Shown: positions 31,495 to 41,896 of the stretch, one piece after another
Numbering within the stretch: the first letter of the stretch is position 1
Layout of the letters: every line of letters begins with the position of its first letter
NCBI GenBank assembly: GCA_963663405.2
Contig: CAXXSM010000018.1
Span: 38,273-102,272 of the forward strand
Reading direction: 5' to 3'
DNA length: 64,000 nt
Origin: a bacterium
GTDB taxonomy: Bacteria > Hinthialibacterota > Hinthialibacteria > Hinthialibacterales > Hinthialibacteraceae
Made by a program: the position numbers and the translations under genes
Notes under the pieces: generated by a model
Databases searched by the model: none
What the model saw: the letters and a program-made list of their open reading frames with translations, nothing else
Told to the model about the DNA's origin: nothing

Positions 31495-31534
31495 ACTATA
31501 TGACTTTTATCTCAACTATATGACTTTTATCTCA
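31495..31534. repeat. Perfect 20-bp tandem duplication
   Basis: ACTATATGACTTTTATCTCA occurs twice in tandem upstream of phoB. Confidence 0.9.
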
Positions 31535-31553
31535 AAAATTACCCTCTTCAAAG

Positions 31554-31592
31554 CTAACTAAATATAGATTGCTTCCTAACCTTTTCCTAACA
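31554..31592 (+). promoter_or_regulatory. Pho-box-like direct repeats upstream of phoB
   Basis: CTAAC at 31554, 31576 and 31587, i.e. 22- and 11-bp spacing. Confidence 0.55.
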
Positions 31593-31679
31593 ATAGATGA
31601 ATAAGATCTTCTTTTGATTAGATCGAAGTTAAAATGAATGATATCTATTCGATTTTTTACTCTCTACTGGAGTCCATCT

Positions 31680-32369
31680 ATGAGTTTGGCAAATGTTCTC
31701 GTTGTCGATGATGAAGAAGATATTTTAAACCTCGTCGAATACAATCTGTTAAAAAATCACTTTGAGGTTTCCTGTGTTACGACAGGAGAAGAAGCATTGC
31801 AACATGTTTCTCAATCAAAGCCGGATATCATCATCTTGGATTTAATGCTGCCAGAGATTGATGGTTTGGAAGTCTGCCGCCGTTTGAAGCAAAATGAGGC
31901 GTCCAAAGATATTCCGATCATTATGCTCACAGCGAAAGGCGAAGAAAAAGATGTCGTCAAAGGCTTGGAACTCGGCGCCGATGATTACATTACAAAACCA
32001 TTCAGCCCGAAAATCCTGATCGCGCGATGCAACGCAGTGCTGCGCCGCACCCAGCTTTGGGAGAATGAAGATTCCGAGGAAAAGATTAAAATCCATGAAA
32101 TAGAGATCCATCCGGGACGGTTTCAAGCGTTTATCCGTAGTGAACTAGTCGATCTTACATTAACGGAATTTCGTATTTTACAGCTATTGGCGAAACGGCC
32201 GGGCTGGGTTTTTACCCGCAATCAAATTATTGATTCGATTCATGGTTCGGATTATCCAGTAACCGATCGCTCGGTTGACGTACAGATTGTCGGATTGCGC
32301 AAAAAAATCGGTGAATGCGGCAACTATATCGAAACGGTCCGTGGCGTTGGATATCGATTCAAGGAATAA
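31680..32369 (+). CDS. phoB: PhoB/PhoP-type OmpR-family response regulator
   Basis: Motifs VLVVDDE, ILDLMLP, IMLTAKGEE, GADDYITKPFS, DRSVDVQI and IETVRGVGYRF. GGAG RBS precedes ATG 31680. Confidence 0.85.
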   Translation: MSLANVLVVDDEEDILNLVEYNLLKNHFEVSCVTTGEEALQHVSQSKPDIIILDLMLPEIDGLEVCRRLKQNEASKDIPIIMLTAKGEEKDVVKGLELGADDYITKPFSPKILIARCNAVLRRTQLWENEDSEEKIKIHEIEIHPGRFQAFIRSELVDLTLTEFRILQLLAKRPGWVFTRNQIIDSIHGSDYPVTDRSVDVQIVGLRKKIGECGNYIETVRGVGYRFKE

Positions 32370-32436
32370 AGCCACTGACTGCTCTCAGTTCCTAAACGAT
32401 TACAAATCCAGAAAATTTGATGAACGAGATTATCGT

Positions 32437-34222
32437 ATGCCTCGAAGAAAATTACTCTGGCGGCTTTATCCAACCTATTTAATTATCATTTTGATTTCGT
32501 TATGTTCTACGGCATGGCTGATTTCTCAGACGATTCGTAATACATATTACGAAATAATGAAGCAAGATTTAACCATTCGCGCACAGGTAGTAAAGCGTAA
32601 CTTAATATTAAAAAACCAACCATTGGATGTTACATGGGTCGATCCGTTATGCTTAGAGTTAAATCAGATACTACAAACTCGGATTACAGTTATTCGTCCA
32701 AATGGAGAGGTAATAGGTGAATCGGATGACAATCCCAACGAAATGGAAAACCACCACGACCGGCCGGAAATTTTAGAATCGATGCAAGGTCAGGTTGGAA
32801 TGTCCGTACGATTCAGCCATACACTCCAAAAATCAATGATGTATGTCGCCATACCGATTAAGAAAGGGAATCAAATAATCGGTGTCGCGCGAACCTCGCT
32901 CCCCGCAACCTCAGTTGAACTCACCTTAAATTCGATCTATTATTCGATCGCATTAGGGGGAGTGGTCATCGCCATCATTTCCGCAATCATTAGCCTCATC
33001 TTCTCCCGGAAAATTACGAAACCGATCGAACAGCTGAAAAAGGGAGTCGAGCGCTTTTCCCGTGGTGATTTTAATACAAAACTCCCTATTCCACATTCCG
33101 AAGAATTGGCGGCGCTCGCGGACGCGATGAATCATATGGGAATGCAGCTCGACAATCGGCTTAAAACTATCATCCAACAGAAAAAAACAGCAAGAGGCGA
33201 TCTTTTCAAGTATGATTGAAGGTGTTCTGGCCATTAGCCATGAAAAAAGAATCATCACACTGAACCGGACCGCGGCCGAATGTGTTGGACTCGAATTAGA
33301 GCAAGCCATCAATAAAAATATTCTTGATGTGATCCATCATGATCCATTGCTTCAATTTTTCTTGCAAGCGCTCGATTCGGAAATCCCCATTGAAAGTGAG
33401 ATCAACGGGGATGCCCAACGCTGTTTCCAAGCGAAAGGCGCCCCACTGATGGATTCGGAAGAACATCAACTCGGCGCAGTCATTGTTTTACATGATATTA
33501 CCGCCTTGCGCCGGTTGGAAAACGTCCGTAGTGATTTTGTCGCGAATGTGTCTCATGAATTAAAAACTCCCATTACATCCATCAAAGGTTATGTTGAAAC
33601 CCTTTTGGACGGCGCGCTGAATGATGATGAAAACGTCGAGCGCTTTTTGACAATCATATTAAAACAATCCGACCGCTTAAACTTAATCATTGAAGATTTA
33701 CTCAGCCTATCCCGCATCGAAAAAGATAAAAAGCATGATTCGATCTCATTGATAGAACAATTACTTCCGCCCATTGTTCTATCCTCGGTAGAATGCTGCC
33801 GCCAAAAGGCTATGGAAAAAAATATTTCCATCGTAATGGATGGCGCCCCGGCGACTCAAATCGAAGCGAACGCCCAGCTTTTGGAACAAGCGATTATCAA
33901 CTTAATCGATAACGCGATTAAATACAGTGAAGACAACGCCGAAGTGCGCATCGCATGGCGGGTCAATGAGAAGGGAATTTATCTTCAAGTCGAGGACCAA
34001 GGGGTTGGGATTGCAAGCGAGCACATCCCCCGGCTATTCGAGCGCTTTTACCGGGTAGACAAAGCCCGTAGCCGAAAACAAGGAGGGACAGGCTTAGGTC
34101 TATCGATCGTAAAACATATCGTACAAGCGCATCGGGGAACGATTTCCGTTGACAGCCAACCCGGCATAGGAAGTGTCTTTACGATTCAATTTCCCAATCC
34201 CTTAACAGATACATCCATGTAA
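32437..34222 (+). CDS. phoR: PhoR-type sensor histidine kinase (TM, HAMP, PAS, HisKA, HATPase), with an apparent +1 frameshift near 33184
   Basis: Motifs MENHHDRPE, HAMP, DFVANVSHELKTPITSIKGYVETL, NLIDNAIKY and FERFYRVDKARSR..GGTGLGL. Frames join in the A7 run (IIQQKKQQEAIFSSMIEG). Confidence 0.87.
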
Positions 34223-34592
34223 TCGAAATACATCTTTAACCATCCTTCATTCATGAGAGATTGAAAGACACTTCACCCAACTTCAATGACGAATCCTCCT
34301 ACGAAAACAAAAGAAAAAAATTAAGGATTCAAAGCCTGAAGAAAAGAAACACCGTTCTTCTTAGTAACGTGCATTAAACATTTCTCGCTTATTGGAAAAA
34401 CCTTCACTTTTAGAATTCATACTTAACAGTCAGAATACAGTTCTGACACCACCTTATCTAACATATTGATTCTATATAATCTTAACACAAATTAACGCAA
34501 CATTTTTGTCATTTCATATATTCAAGAATTGTTAAATATTTGCATAAATATTTATAAAATCCATCCATTTCTTTTCAATACTTCGTCACATT

Positions 34593-34620
34593 CTAACAAT
34601 TCATTAATGTAAGACTAACA
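34593..34620 (+). promoter_or_regulatory. Pho-box-like repeats upstream of the beta-helix gene
   Basis: CTAACA (34593), TTAATG (34604) and CTAACA (34615), in 11-bp phase. Confidence 0.55.
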
Positions 34621-34763
34621 TAAAGATTTTATAGTACACACTTGTGTTTACCAATCTTGCGATTGGAAATCGAAAAGAATTGTAAAAAGGGAGGGAGCTG
34701 GATCTTTTGTCATTAATAGGATACGGCAGAGACTTCCCCAAAAAAAGAAAGGAACATGAAAGC

Positions 34764-36305
34764 ATGAACAAAGGAAAAGGATTACTGTTTCTGGTCGCAG
34801 GGATCTGCGTTGTAATCGCGAGCGCCGCGTCAGCGGCCATTGTGCCAGTTTCAGAGAACATCAGCGAGTCTGAAACATGGACAGCGGATAATGTTTACAA
34901 TTTGCAGCAGCAGATTTATGTTCTCCCAGGCGCGACCCTTACGATTGAAGCAGGCGCTTTGGTGCAAAGCGACGAAGGCGTTGGGGGAAGTTTAGCCGTT
35001 TGCCGCGGCGCCAGGATTTATGTCAACGGAACACAAGACAATCCCGTTATCATGACTTCTACAAAAGACAATTTGACTTCCTGGCATGAAGGCGCCAACG
35101 AATGGGGCAACCTGACCATCATGGGGAACGCCTTGATCTCCGCCTCTCACTATGACGGTCAGCCGGTTGGAAGCAACACTAAAGAACCGACCGGGCTGAA
35201 TGAAAAACAGATGGAAGGTTTAGTGGCCGCCGATGAAAACGACACGAAAGTGATTTATGGTGGCGCGGATGATGATGACAACAGTGGTTCGATCAGCTAT
35301 CTTTCCATCCGGTACGGTGGAAAAGTGATCGGTCTCGCGAATGAATTAAATGGATTGTCACTTGGTGGTATCGGCCGTGGCACAACAATCGATCACGTTG
35401 AAATTATGAATAACGTTGACGATGGTATCGAAATTTGGGGCGGCACAGTTAATTTGAAACATGTCTCGATTTGGAATGTTGGCGATGACAGTTTCGACGT
35501 CGACGAAGGTTGGCGTGGCAAAGCGCAATATGGTTTGATTGTACAAGGGTACAGCCTTGACGATAGTCAGGGATCCGGTGTCGGTGACAATTGTTTTGAA
35601 ACAGACGGCGCAGAAGATTCCGACGCTCAACCGGTCACGACTGCGGCGATTTACAACTTTACCGTTGTTGGACAGCCGATTGATGGTGATGGTGGAACCA
35701 CGTGGCGTGACAACGCGCATGTGCAGTACCACAATTGCATTTTCATGGACTTGGGTGAAAAACTAGTCCGTTTTGATAATGAAGATGGAGACGGCGCGCT
35801 TGGGTATGGATACAACGGTACCCTATCCTGGGAAGACGCATGGACCACGGAATATACTTATACATCACCCATCAACATTGGAACCGCCGATCCCGCCGCG
35901 CTTTATACCGCGCAGACATCCGGCATGCTTTGTGAAATCACGGATAGTGTGTTCTATAACAACTTGCACGCGGACGCTTACACGGAAGCCGAAGCGCGTG
36001 GCGTTCTCAATGCGGAAAAAAATAATGTTGTCGCCAATCAATCACCGATTCAAGAAGTGGTTCGCGGCAGCCTCGTGACCAAGGGCGGCAAACAAATGGT
36101 TCCGGTTCTTTTCATTAATCCGTTGGCCGCGAATGACGCTCTGTCCAGCGCAGCGGCTGCGCCGGCTGATGGTTTTTTTGAAGCTGCGCAATACCGTGGT
36201 GGTTTTGACGGCGAAAACAACTGGCTGTCTGGTTGGACCGCCGCTTCCGCTTACAATATGACCGGCGCCGAATTCTCCAGCGCTTCCAACTTTGAATTGT
36301 ATTAA
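34764..36305 (+). CDS. Secreted acidic beta-helix (pectin-lyase-like fold) protein associated with the TonB-dependent receptor
   Basis: Signal peptide, then WGNL, DDDNSGSISYLSIRYGG, NELNGLSLGGIGRGT and DDGIEIWGGTVN..DDSFDVDEGW. Ends SSASNFELY. Confidence 0.8.
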   Translation: MNKGKGLLFLVAGICVVIASAASAAIVPVSENISESETWTADNVYNLQQQIYVLPGATLTIEAGALVQSDEGVGGSLAVCRGARIYVNGTQDNPVIMTSTKDNLTSWHEGANEWGNLTIMGNALISASHYDGQPVGSNTKEPTGLNEKQMEGLVAADENDTKVIYGGADDDDNSGSISYLSIRYGGKVIGLANELNGLSLGGIGRGTTIDHVEIMNNVDDGIEIWGGTVNLKHVSIWNVGDDSFDVDEGWRGKAQYGLIVQGYSLDDSQGSGVGDNCFETDGAEDSDAQPVTTAAIYNFTVVGQPIDGDGGTTWRDNAHVQYHNCIFMDLGEKLVRFDNEDGDGALGYGYNGTLSWEDAWTTEYTYTSPINIGTADPAALYTAQTSGMLCEITDSVFYNNLHADAYTEAEARGVLNAEKNNVVANQSPIQEVVRGSLVTKGGKQMVPVLFINPLAANDALSSAAAAPADGFFEAAQYRGGFDGENNWLSGWTAASAYNMTGAEFSSASNFELY

Positions 36306-36361
36306 TTATCTCTATTCGTTTCACCAATTATTGATGTCAATTACTCAATGAAATCTTACTT

Positions 36362-36408
36362 AGCGAACTGACAGCAGCGCATCATGGCTCTGCTTTCAGT
36401 TCGCTTTT
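36362..36408 (+). terminator. Rho-independent terminator-like hairpin
   Basis: Stem AGCGAACTGACAGCAG / CTGCTTTCAGTTCGCT followed by TTT, 57 bp after the beta-helix stop. Confidence 0.65.
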
Positions 36409-36555
36409 CCTTGTTATCACACGATTAAAATGGTTCTCCCCTCATGTCAAGTGTTTACATGGATAACAAGATCGATCCAATTTCAGAATTAATGGGTGAT
36501 GTTTATTAGGTAGTCATGGGGATAAGATGATTACTGTAAAATAGGGTACACTTTT

Positions 36556-37821
36556 ATGAAAAGAGATTTATTCATCCCAACAATCAAAACGATATATTAT
36601 TTTCCCCTTATCTTAGGAACGTGCGCAATCAATATTGTTATCGTGAATCAATGCGATGGTATAACAACCAAAGATTCGAAAATCCAAAGCGCAACAGTTT
36701 CTTTTACCGATCCAACACTCGCTGACTTTCAAAACAAATTGCTGGATTTGGCGATGGACGCGGCGGCCGTTATTCCCATCCACCCTCATCAAAAAGACCG
36801 CGCTAAACAACAAGAAGATGTTGTTAAAACATGTTTGGAACTTGGTCAATATAAGAGAGCCCAAAATTATTGTGAAACAATAAAGAATTGGCGAAAGGGC
36901 TTATGTTACGCTCACTTAGCATATTACTGCGCTCAACAGGGGGATGAGGAAACTATGCAGGGCTGGATCGATCGAGCGGCGCCGATCGCCGCTGGTCTTG
37001 ATGATTGGCGCCAAGACCGGATTCGAGTACAAATCGCCCAAGCCTGCACATGGGTAGAACAAACTGAACAAGCCAATCAATTCACAAAGGAGGTTGTGGA
37101 ATCGGAACGGGGTAAACTCGCGCACGTCCAAGTCATGCGCAGTGATGACAATACCCTGAATGAGATAGAACAATTATTAACAATCGATTTTGCAAAAACT
37201 GATTTCGACAGCGCCAATCATACATTGCAAGCATACACTCAATTGTACAAGCGCTTCTACTCAAACGAGAAAAAAAGAGATTCCATCGAAGAGAAAATCA
37301 AATCTTCTTGGGGTTCAATTCCTGCTTTTATCCGTATAGATTTACTGGAAGAACTGGCGGAATGCGCGCTTGAGAATGCGGATCAGAGCAAAGCAACTTC
37401 GCTCATCAACGATATGCAAGACCTCGTCGATCAATATCAATGGCGATTGGAACACCGAATTCCCTTGATCGCAAAGATCGTCCAATTGGAATATCGAACA
37501 GGCGCCAAAGAGAAAGCCCATTCAAACGCTAATAAGGTCTTTGCTCGTTTTAAAAAAGAGCGCGACAAAATCGTTAACATTTGGCGCGCCGGAGCGCTTC
37601 GTCCTCTCGCGGAAGCATATCAACTCATGGGAAGCGAAGAGGACGCCCTTTTTATTTATAAAACCGCCGTCGAAGAAGGAACAGCCAATCCCAATTCAAG
37701 ACCCCGCGCGGAAGATTTAACCGCTACCTGTTGTTCAATGGCTCTTTCCGCCGTCGAAGCAGACAAGGAACTCTGGGCAAAACTCAAACAAATCTATGAG
37801 GGATTAGAAGAACCATGGTAA
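36556..37821 (+). CDS. Uncharacterised alpha-helical (TPR-like) protein, coupled to the TonB receptor gene
   Basis: 421-aa Ala/Leu/Glu-rich ORF with an N-terminal hydrophobic stretch; overlaps the receptor start. Confidence 0.7.
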   Translation: MKRDLFIPTIKTIYYFPLILGTCAINIVIVNQCDGITTKDSKIQSATVSFTDPTLADFQNKLLDLAMDAAAVIPIHPHQKDRAKQQEDVVKTCLELGQYKRAQNYCETIKNWRKGLCYAHLAYYCAQQGDEETMQGWIDRAAPIAAGLDDWRQDRIRVQIAQACTWVEQTEQANQFTKEVVESERGKLAHVQVMRSDDNTLNEIEQLLTIDFAKTDFDSANHTLQAYTQLYKRFYSNEKKRDSIEEKIKSSWGSIPAFIRIDLLEELAECALENADQSKATSLINDMQDLVDQYQWRLEHRIPLIAKIVQLEYRTGAKEKAHSNANKVFARFKKERDKIVNIWRAGALRPLAEAYQLMGSEEDALFIYKTAVEEGTANPNSRPRAEDLTATCCSMALSAVEADKELWAKLKQIYEGLEEPW

Positions 37822-40802
37822 AACGGCGTATCGGTTATTGGCTTTTTATATGGTTTGGATTGTTACCTTCGTTTGCTTCATTCGCGCAGCAAGCCGGTAG
37901 TATACGCGGTATGATTTATGACAAAGATTTCGACGCTCCACTACCCGCCGCTAAAATCACAATCACAGAAACAGGGGATACAGCGCTCTCCACGGATGAA
38001 GGGAATTATGTCTTTCACCAGATTATGCCGGGAACATATACACTTGTATTCAGAAAAGATGGATATACGCAGCAAGTCAAAGCCAACGTGATTGTCACAC
38101 CAGGCCAAATGACGGAAATTGACGTGTGGCTCGCCGGTGATTTTGTAGAGATGGAAGAATTCGTCGTGCAGGATGTGCAAATCGGGATGGAGACGGAAGC
38201 GGCCCTGCTCGAACTGCGAATGGATAGTCCCGCGTTGATGGATTCGATTAGCGCGGATTTAATGAGCCAGGCGGGCGCGAGTGACGCGGCTGGAGCGCTG
38301 AAATTAGTCGCGGGCGCATCCGTTCAAGATGGAAAATACGCCGTTATTCGAGGTCTTCCCGACCGATATGTGAATTCACAGATGAACGGTGTACGGCTGC
38401 CCACCGCCGACGCGGATAAACGGGCGGTGCAATTGGATCAATTCCCAGCGGCGGCGATCGAAAGCGTTCAAGTCAGTAAAACGTTCACGCCGGACCAGCA
38501 AGGGGACGCGTCCGGTGGCGCGGTGAACGTCACCCTCAAAGGGATTCCGCAAGAAACCGTCTATAAATTCAGCAGTCAAATGAGTTTTAACTCGCAGGTG
38601 ACCGGCGAGAGTAATTTTCTAACCTACAACGGGGGAGGCGTCAACTTTTTTGGGAAAGACAACCGCGCGGTTCCAGCGAATGGCGATTTTAGTGACACGG
38701 TTGGAGTCTCGTTTGGCGACGCGCCATTTGATTATAAATGGTCGGCAGCGAGTGGTGGAAAACATGATTTTGACGCCGGTTTTACTCTCGGTGGTTTAGC
38801 CAGTTTCTTTTATGAGCGGGATAGTTCCTTTTATGACAATGGGATTGACGATAAATATTGGGTTCTCAAACCAGGAGATTCCATGTCGCCTCAATATATC
38901 CAGGGAACTCCCACGCAAAGCGATTTTAAAACACAACTATTTGATGTGACACAGGGTTCGGAAGAAGTGAAATGGGGCGCCCTAGGGATTGTGGGGATTG
39001 AAACAGAAAATCATTTATTGCAATTGTCTACCTTATATACTCACGTAGCGGAGGATACCGCCACTCTGGCGGAAGACACACGCGGGAAAGAGTATTATTT
39101 TCCCGGTTACGATCCGAACGATCCAAACAATCATGGCAACCGCGAACGGGACGCGGCGCCGTATCTGCGAACAGAAACTCTCGAATATACGGAACGTTCT
39201 ACATACACGTTGCAACTTCATGGGAGTCATACCCTTCCCGATCCCAACTTGGAAATCACGGATTTTTTCTCGACTCTCAATCCCGAATTGGATTGGGGAA
39301 TCTCCCGCAACTCGGCGGAAATGTATCAACCGGACAAACGCCAATTCGGTTCGTTATGGTGGGCGGAAGCTTACAATCCAGGTTACCCTCCCTATATTGA
39401 TCCCTTCTACGAACCGTCCATCTTCCGGCCATTTAAACCAGCCGCAAATTTCACATTAGGAAATCTACAGCGAATCTGGAAGAATATAACCGAAACAAGC
39501 GATCAATACTTTTTTGACCTTAAATTCCCATTTGAACAATGGACGGGAGATGAAGGCTATATTAAAAGCGGATTTTTCTATGATACTGTCCAGCGTGAAT
39601 ACAATCAGGATTCGTTCAGCAACTTTAGTGACACCAGTTCCCAATACGAAGCGCCTTGGGAAACGTTTTGGAGCGGGAACTTTCCGTTGGATGAGCATGT
39701 TGTCACCCCGGCGGAAATCGATGTCGATTATGATGGAGAACAGGATATTCTGGCGGGGTATTCAATGACTGATCTACCGTTGAATTCGATGTTTAAAATC
39801 ATTGGCGGCGCGCGGTATGAAAAAACGGATATCGGCATCGTCAACTATCCTGAAGGGGATGTGACCTGGATTCCTCCCGTCGCGTCCGGATCGGTAGAAT
39901 TAACTCCAGGCGCAGCGGATGTTTCATACGCGCAAAGTGATCTGCTTCCTTCGATCGGCTTAGTCTTTACACCGTTCGAAACCATTAAACTCCGCAGTTC
40001 CTACAGCCAAACGGTGGCCCGTCAGACGTTTAAAGAGCTGACACCGATTCAGCAACAGGAGTATTTGGGCGGGGATGTCTTCATCGGGAATCCATTTTTA
40101 AAGATGAGCGATCTGAAGAATTACGATCTACGGTTGGATTACGCGCCCTATGAAGGTGGACTGATTTCTCTGTCCTATTTCTACAAAGACATTGAAGATC
40201 CAATTGAATATGTGCAGCGCATCGCTGATTTCGCCTATACAACGCCGGTTAATTATCCGAAAGGAGAACTGAGCGGTTATGAACTCGAAATCCGTCAACA
40301 ATTGGGCCGGTTTTGGAGTCCACTCAATGGTCTGTCAATCGGAGCCAATGCCACGTGGATAAACTCAGAGGTGACTCTTCCCAATGATGAAGCCGCGCTG
40401 TTTGAAGAGCCGAATATCATGGCTCCAATGCTAACACGGGATATGACAAACGCCCCCGAACATCTATATAATTTCTTCCTCACCTATGACTTTACGGAAT
40501 TAGGCGCGCCAGGAACCCAAGCCAGTCTGTTTTATACCGTTCGTGGCGACACACTGACAGCGGGAGCAGGTCAATCAAAGGGCAAATTTGTCCCTAACGT
40601 CTATGAGAAAGAATATGGAACGCTCAACCTGAGCGCGACCTATCAAATTAGGGAAAATTGGAAACTGAAATTCCAAGCGAAAAATCTGCTTGATCCAGAA
40701 ATCAAGTCTGTCTATCGGTCGAAATATATCGATGGAGATATTACAAAGACCTCGTATACGAAAGGGATGGAGTTTTCCATATCCGTAAGCGCCACATTTT
40801 GA
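37815..40802 (+). CDS. TonB-dependent outer membrane receptor with N-terminal carboxypeptidase-regulatory-like domain
   Basis: Signal peptide, plug motif IRGLPDRY...LDQFP...VSKTFTPD..GGAVN, barrel motifs SYSQTVAR, GNPFL and NLLDP, and C-terminal Phe. Confidence 0.92.
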   Translation: MVKRRIGYWLFIWFGLLPSFASFAQQAGSIRGMIYDKDFDAPLPAAKITITETGDTALSTDEGNYVFHQIMPGTYTLVFRKDGYTQQVKANVIVTPGQMTEIDVWLAGDFVEMEEFVVQDVQIGMETEAALLELRMDSPALMDSISADLMSQAGASDAAGALKLVAGASVQDGKYAVIRGLPDRYVNSQMNGVRLPTADADKRAVQLDQFPAAAIESVQVSKTFTPDQQGDASGGAVNVTLKGIPQETVYKFSSQMSFNSQVTGESNFLTYNGGGVNFFGKDNRAVPANGDFSDTVGVSFGDAPFDYKWSAASGGKHDFDAGFTLGGLASFFYERDSSFYDNGIDDKYWVLKPGDSMSPQYIQGTPTQSDFKTQLFDVTQGSEEVKWGALGIVGIETENHLLQLSTLYTHVAEDTATLAEDTRGKEYYFPGYDPNDPNNHGNRERDAAPYLRTETLEYTERSTYTLQLHGSHTLPDPNLEITDFFSTLNPELDWGISRNSAEMYQPDKRQFGSLWWAEAYNPGYPPYIDPFYEPSIFRPFKPAANFTLGNLQRIWKNITETSDQYFFDLKFPFEQWTGDEGYIKSGFFYDTVQREYNQDSFSNFSDTSSQYEAPWETFWSGNFPLDEHVVTPAEIDVDYDGEQDILAGYSMTDLPLNSMFKIIGGARYEKTDIGIVNYPEGDVTWIPPVASGSVELTPGAADVSYAQSDLLPSIGLVFTPFETIKLRSSYSQTVARQTFKELTPIQQQEYLGGDVFIGNPFLKMSDLKNYDLRLDYAPYEGGLISLSYFYKDIEDPIEYVQRIADFAYTTPVNYPKGELSGYELEIRQQLGRFWSPLNGLSIGANATWINSEVTLPNDEAALFEEPNIMAPMLTRDMTNAPEHLYNFFLTYDFTELGAPGTQASLFYTVRGDTLTAGAGQSKGKFVPNVYEKEYGTLNLSATYQIRENWKLKFQAKNLLDPEIKSVYRSKYIDGDITKTSYTKGMEFSISVSATF

Positions 40803-40893
40803 TGAAAATTTATTTAAATACAGTAATATCAATAACTTAATTTATTAAAAATCTCTCATTGAAAAGTTGATTAAATTGAAGAGACAACATTAA

Positions 40894-40956
40894 TCAACAA
40901 TACATAAACATAATTCTAACATTACACAAATAAAAAACTGACAGTCATTCCATAAT
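40894..40956 (+). promoter_or_regulatory. Pho-box-like array and -10 element upstream of the TonB2-type operon
   Basis: TCAACA 40894, TAAACA 40905, CTAACA 40916, CAAATA 40927 and CTGACA 40938 in exact 11-bp phase, then CATAAT at 40951. Confidence 0.6.
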
Positions 40957-40965
40957 ATTTGATAC

Positions 40966-41877
40966 GTGAAGGTGTGTATTTTTCGTGTTTCTAGAGAACG
41001 CTCTTATCCAAAAAAAGGCCTCCTAGTGAGAATCAGAACAATAATTCATATCCACAGATCAAATTCATCCCCTATGCTTTTCCATTTTTTTAGAGAGAAA
41101 TTCCCAACCATAGCGCGAACGCTTTTACTCGCATGTTGGCTCTCTCTTTTCCCTTTTTCCACTTTAGCCGCTGAAAAAAACGGGGCCACGATTGATGATA
41201 CCCGGACCGCGCTCGAACAATGGGTGGAAACACAACGCGTCATCTCAAAAGAAAAACGGGATCTCGAACTTGCGAAAGAGATGCTGAATGAGAGAATTGC
41301 GATTGTCCAGCGCGAGATTCAATCCCTGAAAGAGAAAATGGCGGAGACGAAGAAAAGCATCGCCGAAGCGGATAAAAAACGCGCGGAGATGATGGATGAG
41401 AATGAGAAATTAAAAACAGCGTCGACCGGTCTCGAAACTCTTTGTACTACCTTAGAGGAGAAAACGAAGACATTTCTCCCACGGTTACCCGATCCCATCC
41501 GGGAGCATGTAAAACCTTTAAGCCAACGCATTCAGACCAATTCGGAAGAAAAAAAAGAAACCCTTTCTGCACGATTTCAAAATATTGTAGGCATTTTGAA
41601 TGAAATCGATAAATTCAACCAAGATATCAAAGTCACAAGCGAAGTCCGTTCTTTACCGGATGGAACAAACGCCGAAGTGACGGCTATGTATCTCGGTATC
41701 GGTCAGGGGTACTACACCGGAGCCAAAGGAACCATCGCCGGTATTGGAACCGCTTCAGAAACCGGCTGGGTTTGGAAATCCATGAATGAAGCCACCGCGG
41801 CGATTACAAAAGCGATTGCAATCTTGAAAAACGAAGAAGCCGCTTCGTTTGTCCATCTACCAATTGAGATTCAATAA
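40966..41877 (+). CDS. DUF3450/TtpB-like periplasmic coiled-coil protein of TonB2-type systems
   Basis: Signal peptide (likely ATG 41074), long coiled coil, MYLGIGQGYY..G.W.W and FVHLP. First gene of the exbB-exbB-exbD-tonB-TPR operon. Confidence 0.78.
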   Translation: MKVCIFRVSRERSYPKKGLLVRIRTIIHIHRSNSSPMLFHFFREKFPTIARTLLLACWLSLFPFSTLAAEKNGATIDDTRTALEQWVETQRVISKEKRDLELAKEMLNERIAIVQREIQSLKEKMAETKKSIAEADKKRAEMMDENEKLKTASTGLETLCTTLEEKTKTFLPRLPDPIREHVKPLSQRIQTNSEEKKETLSARFQNIVGILNEIDKFNQDIKVTSEVRSLPDGTNAEVTAMYLGIGQGYYTGAKGTIAGIGTASETGWVWKSMNEATAAITKAIAILKNEEAASFVHLPIEIQ

Positions 41878-41896
41878 TCTGTGAAACGGATGCATC

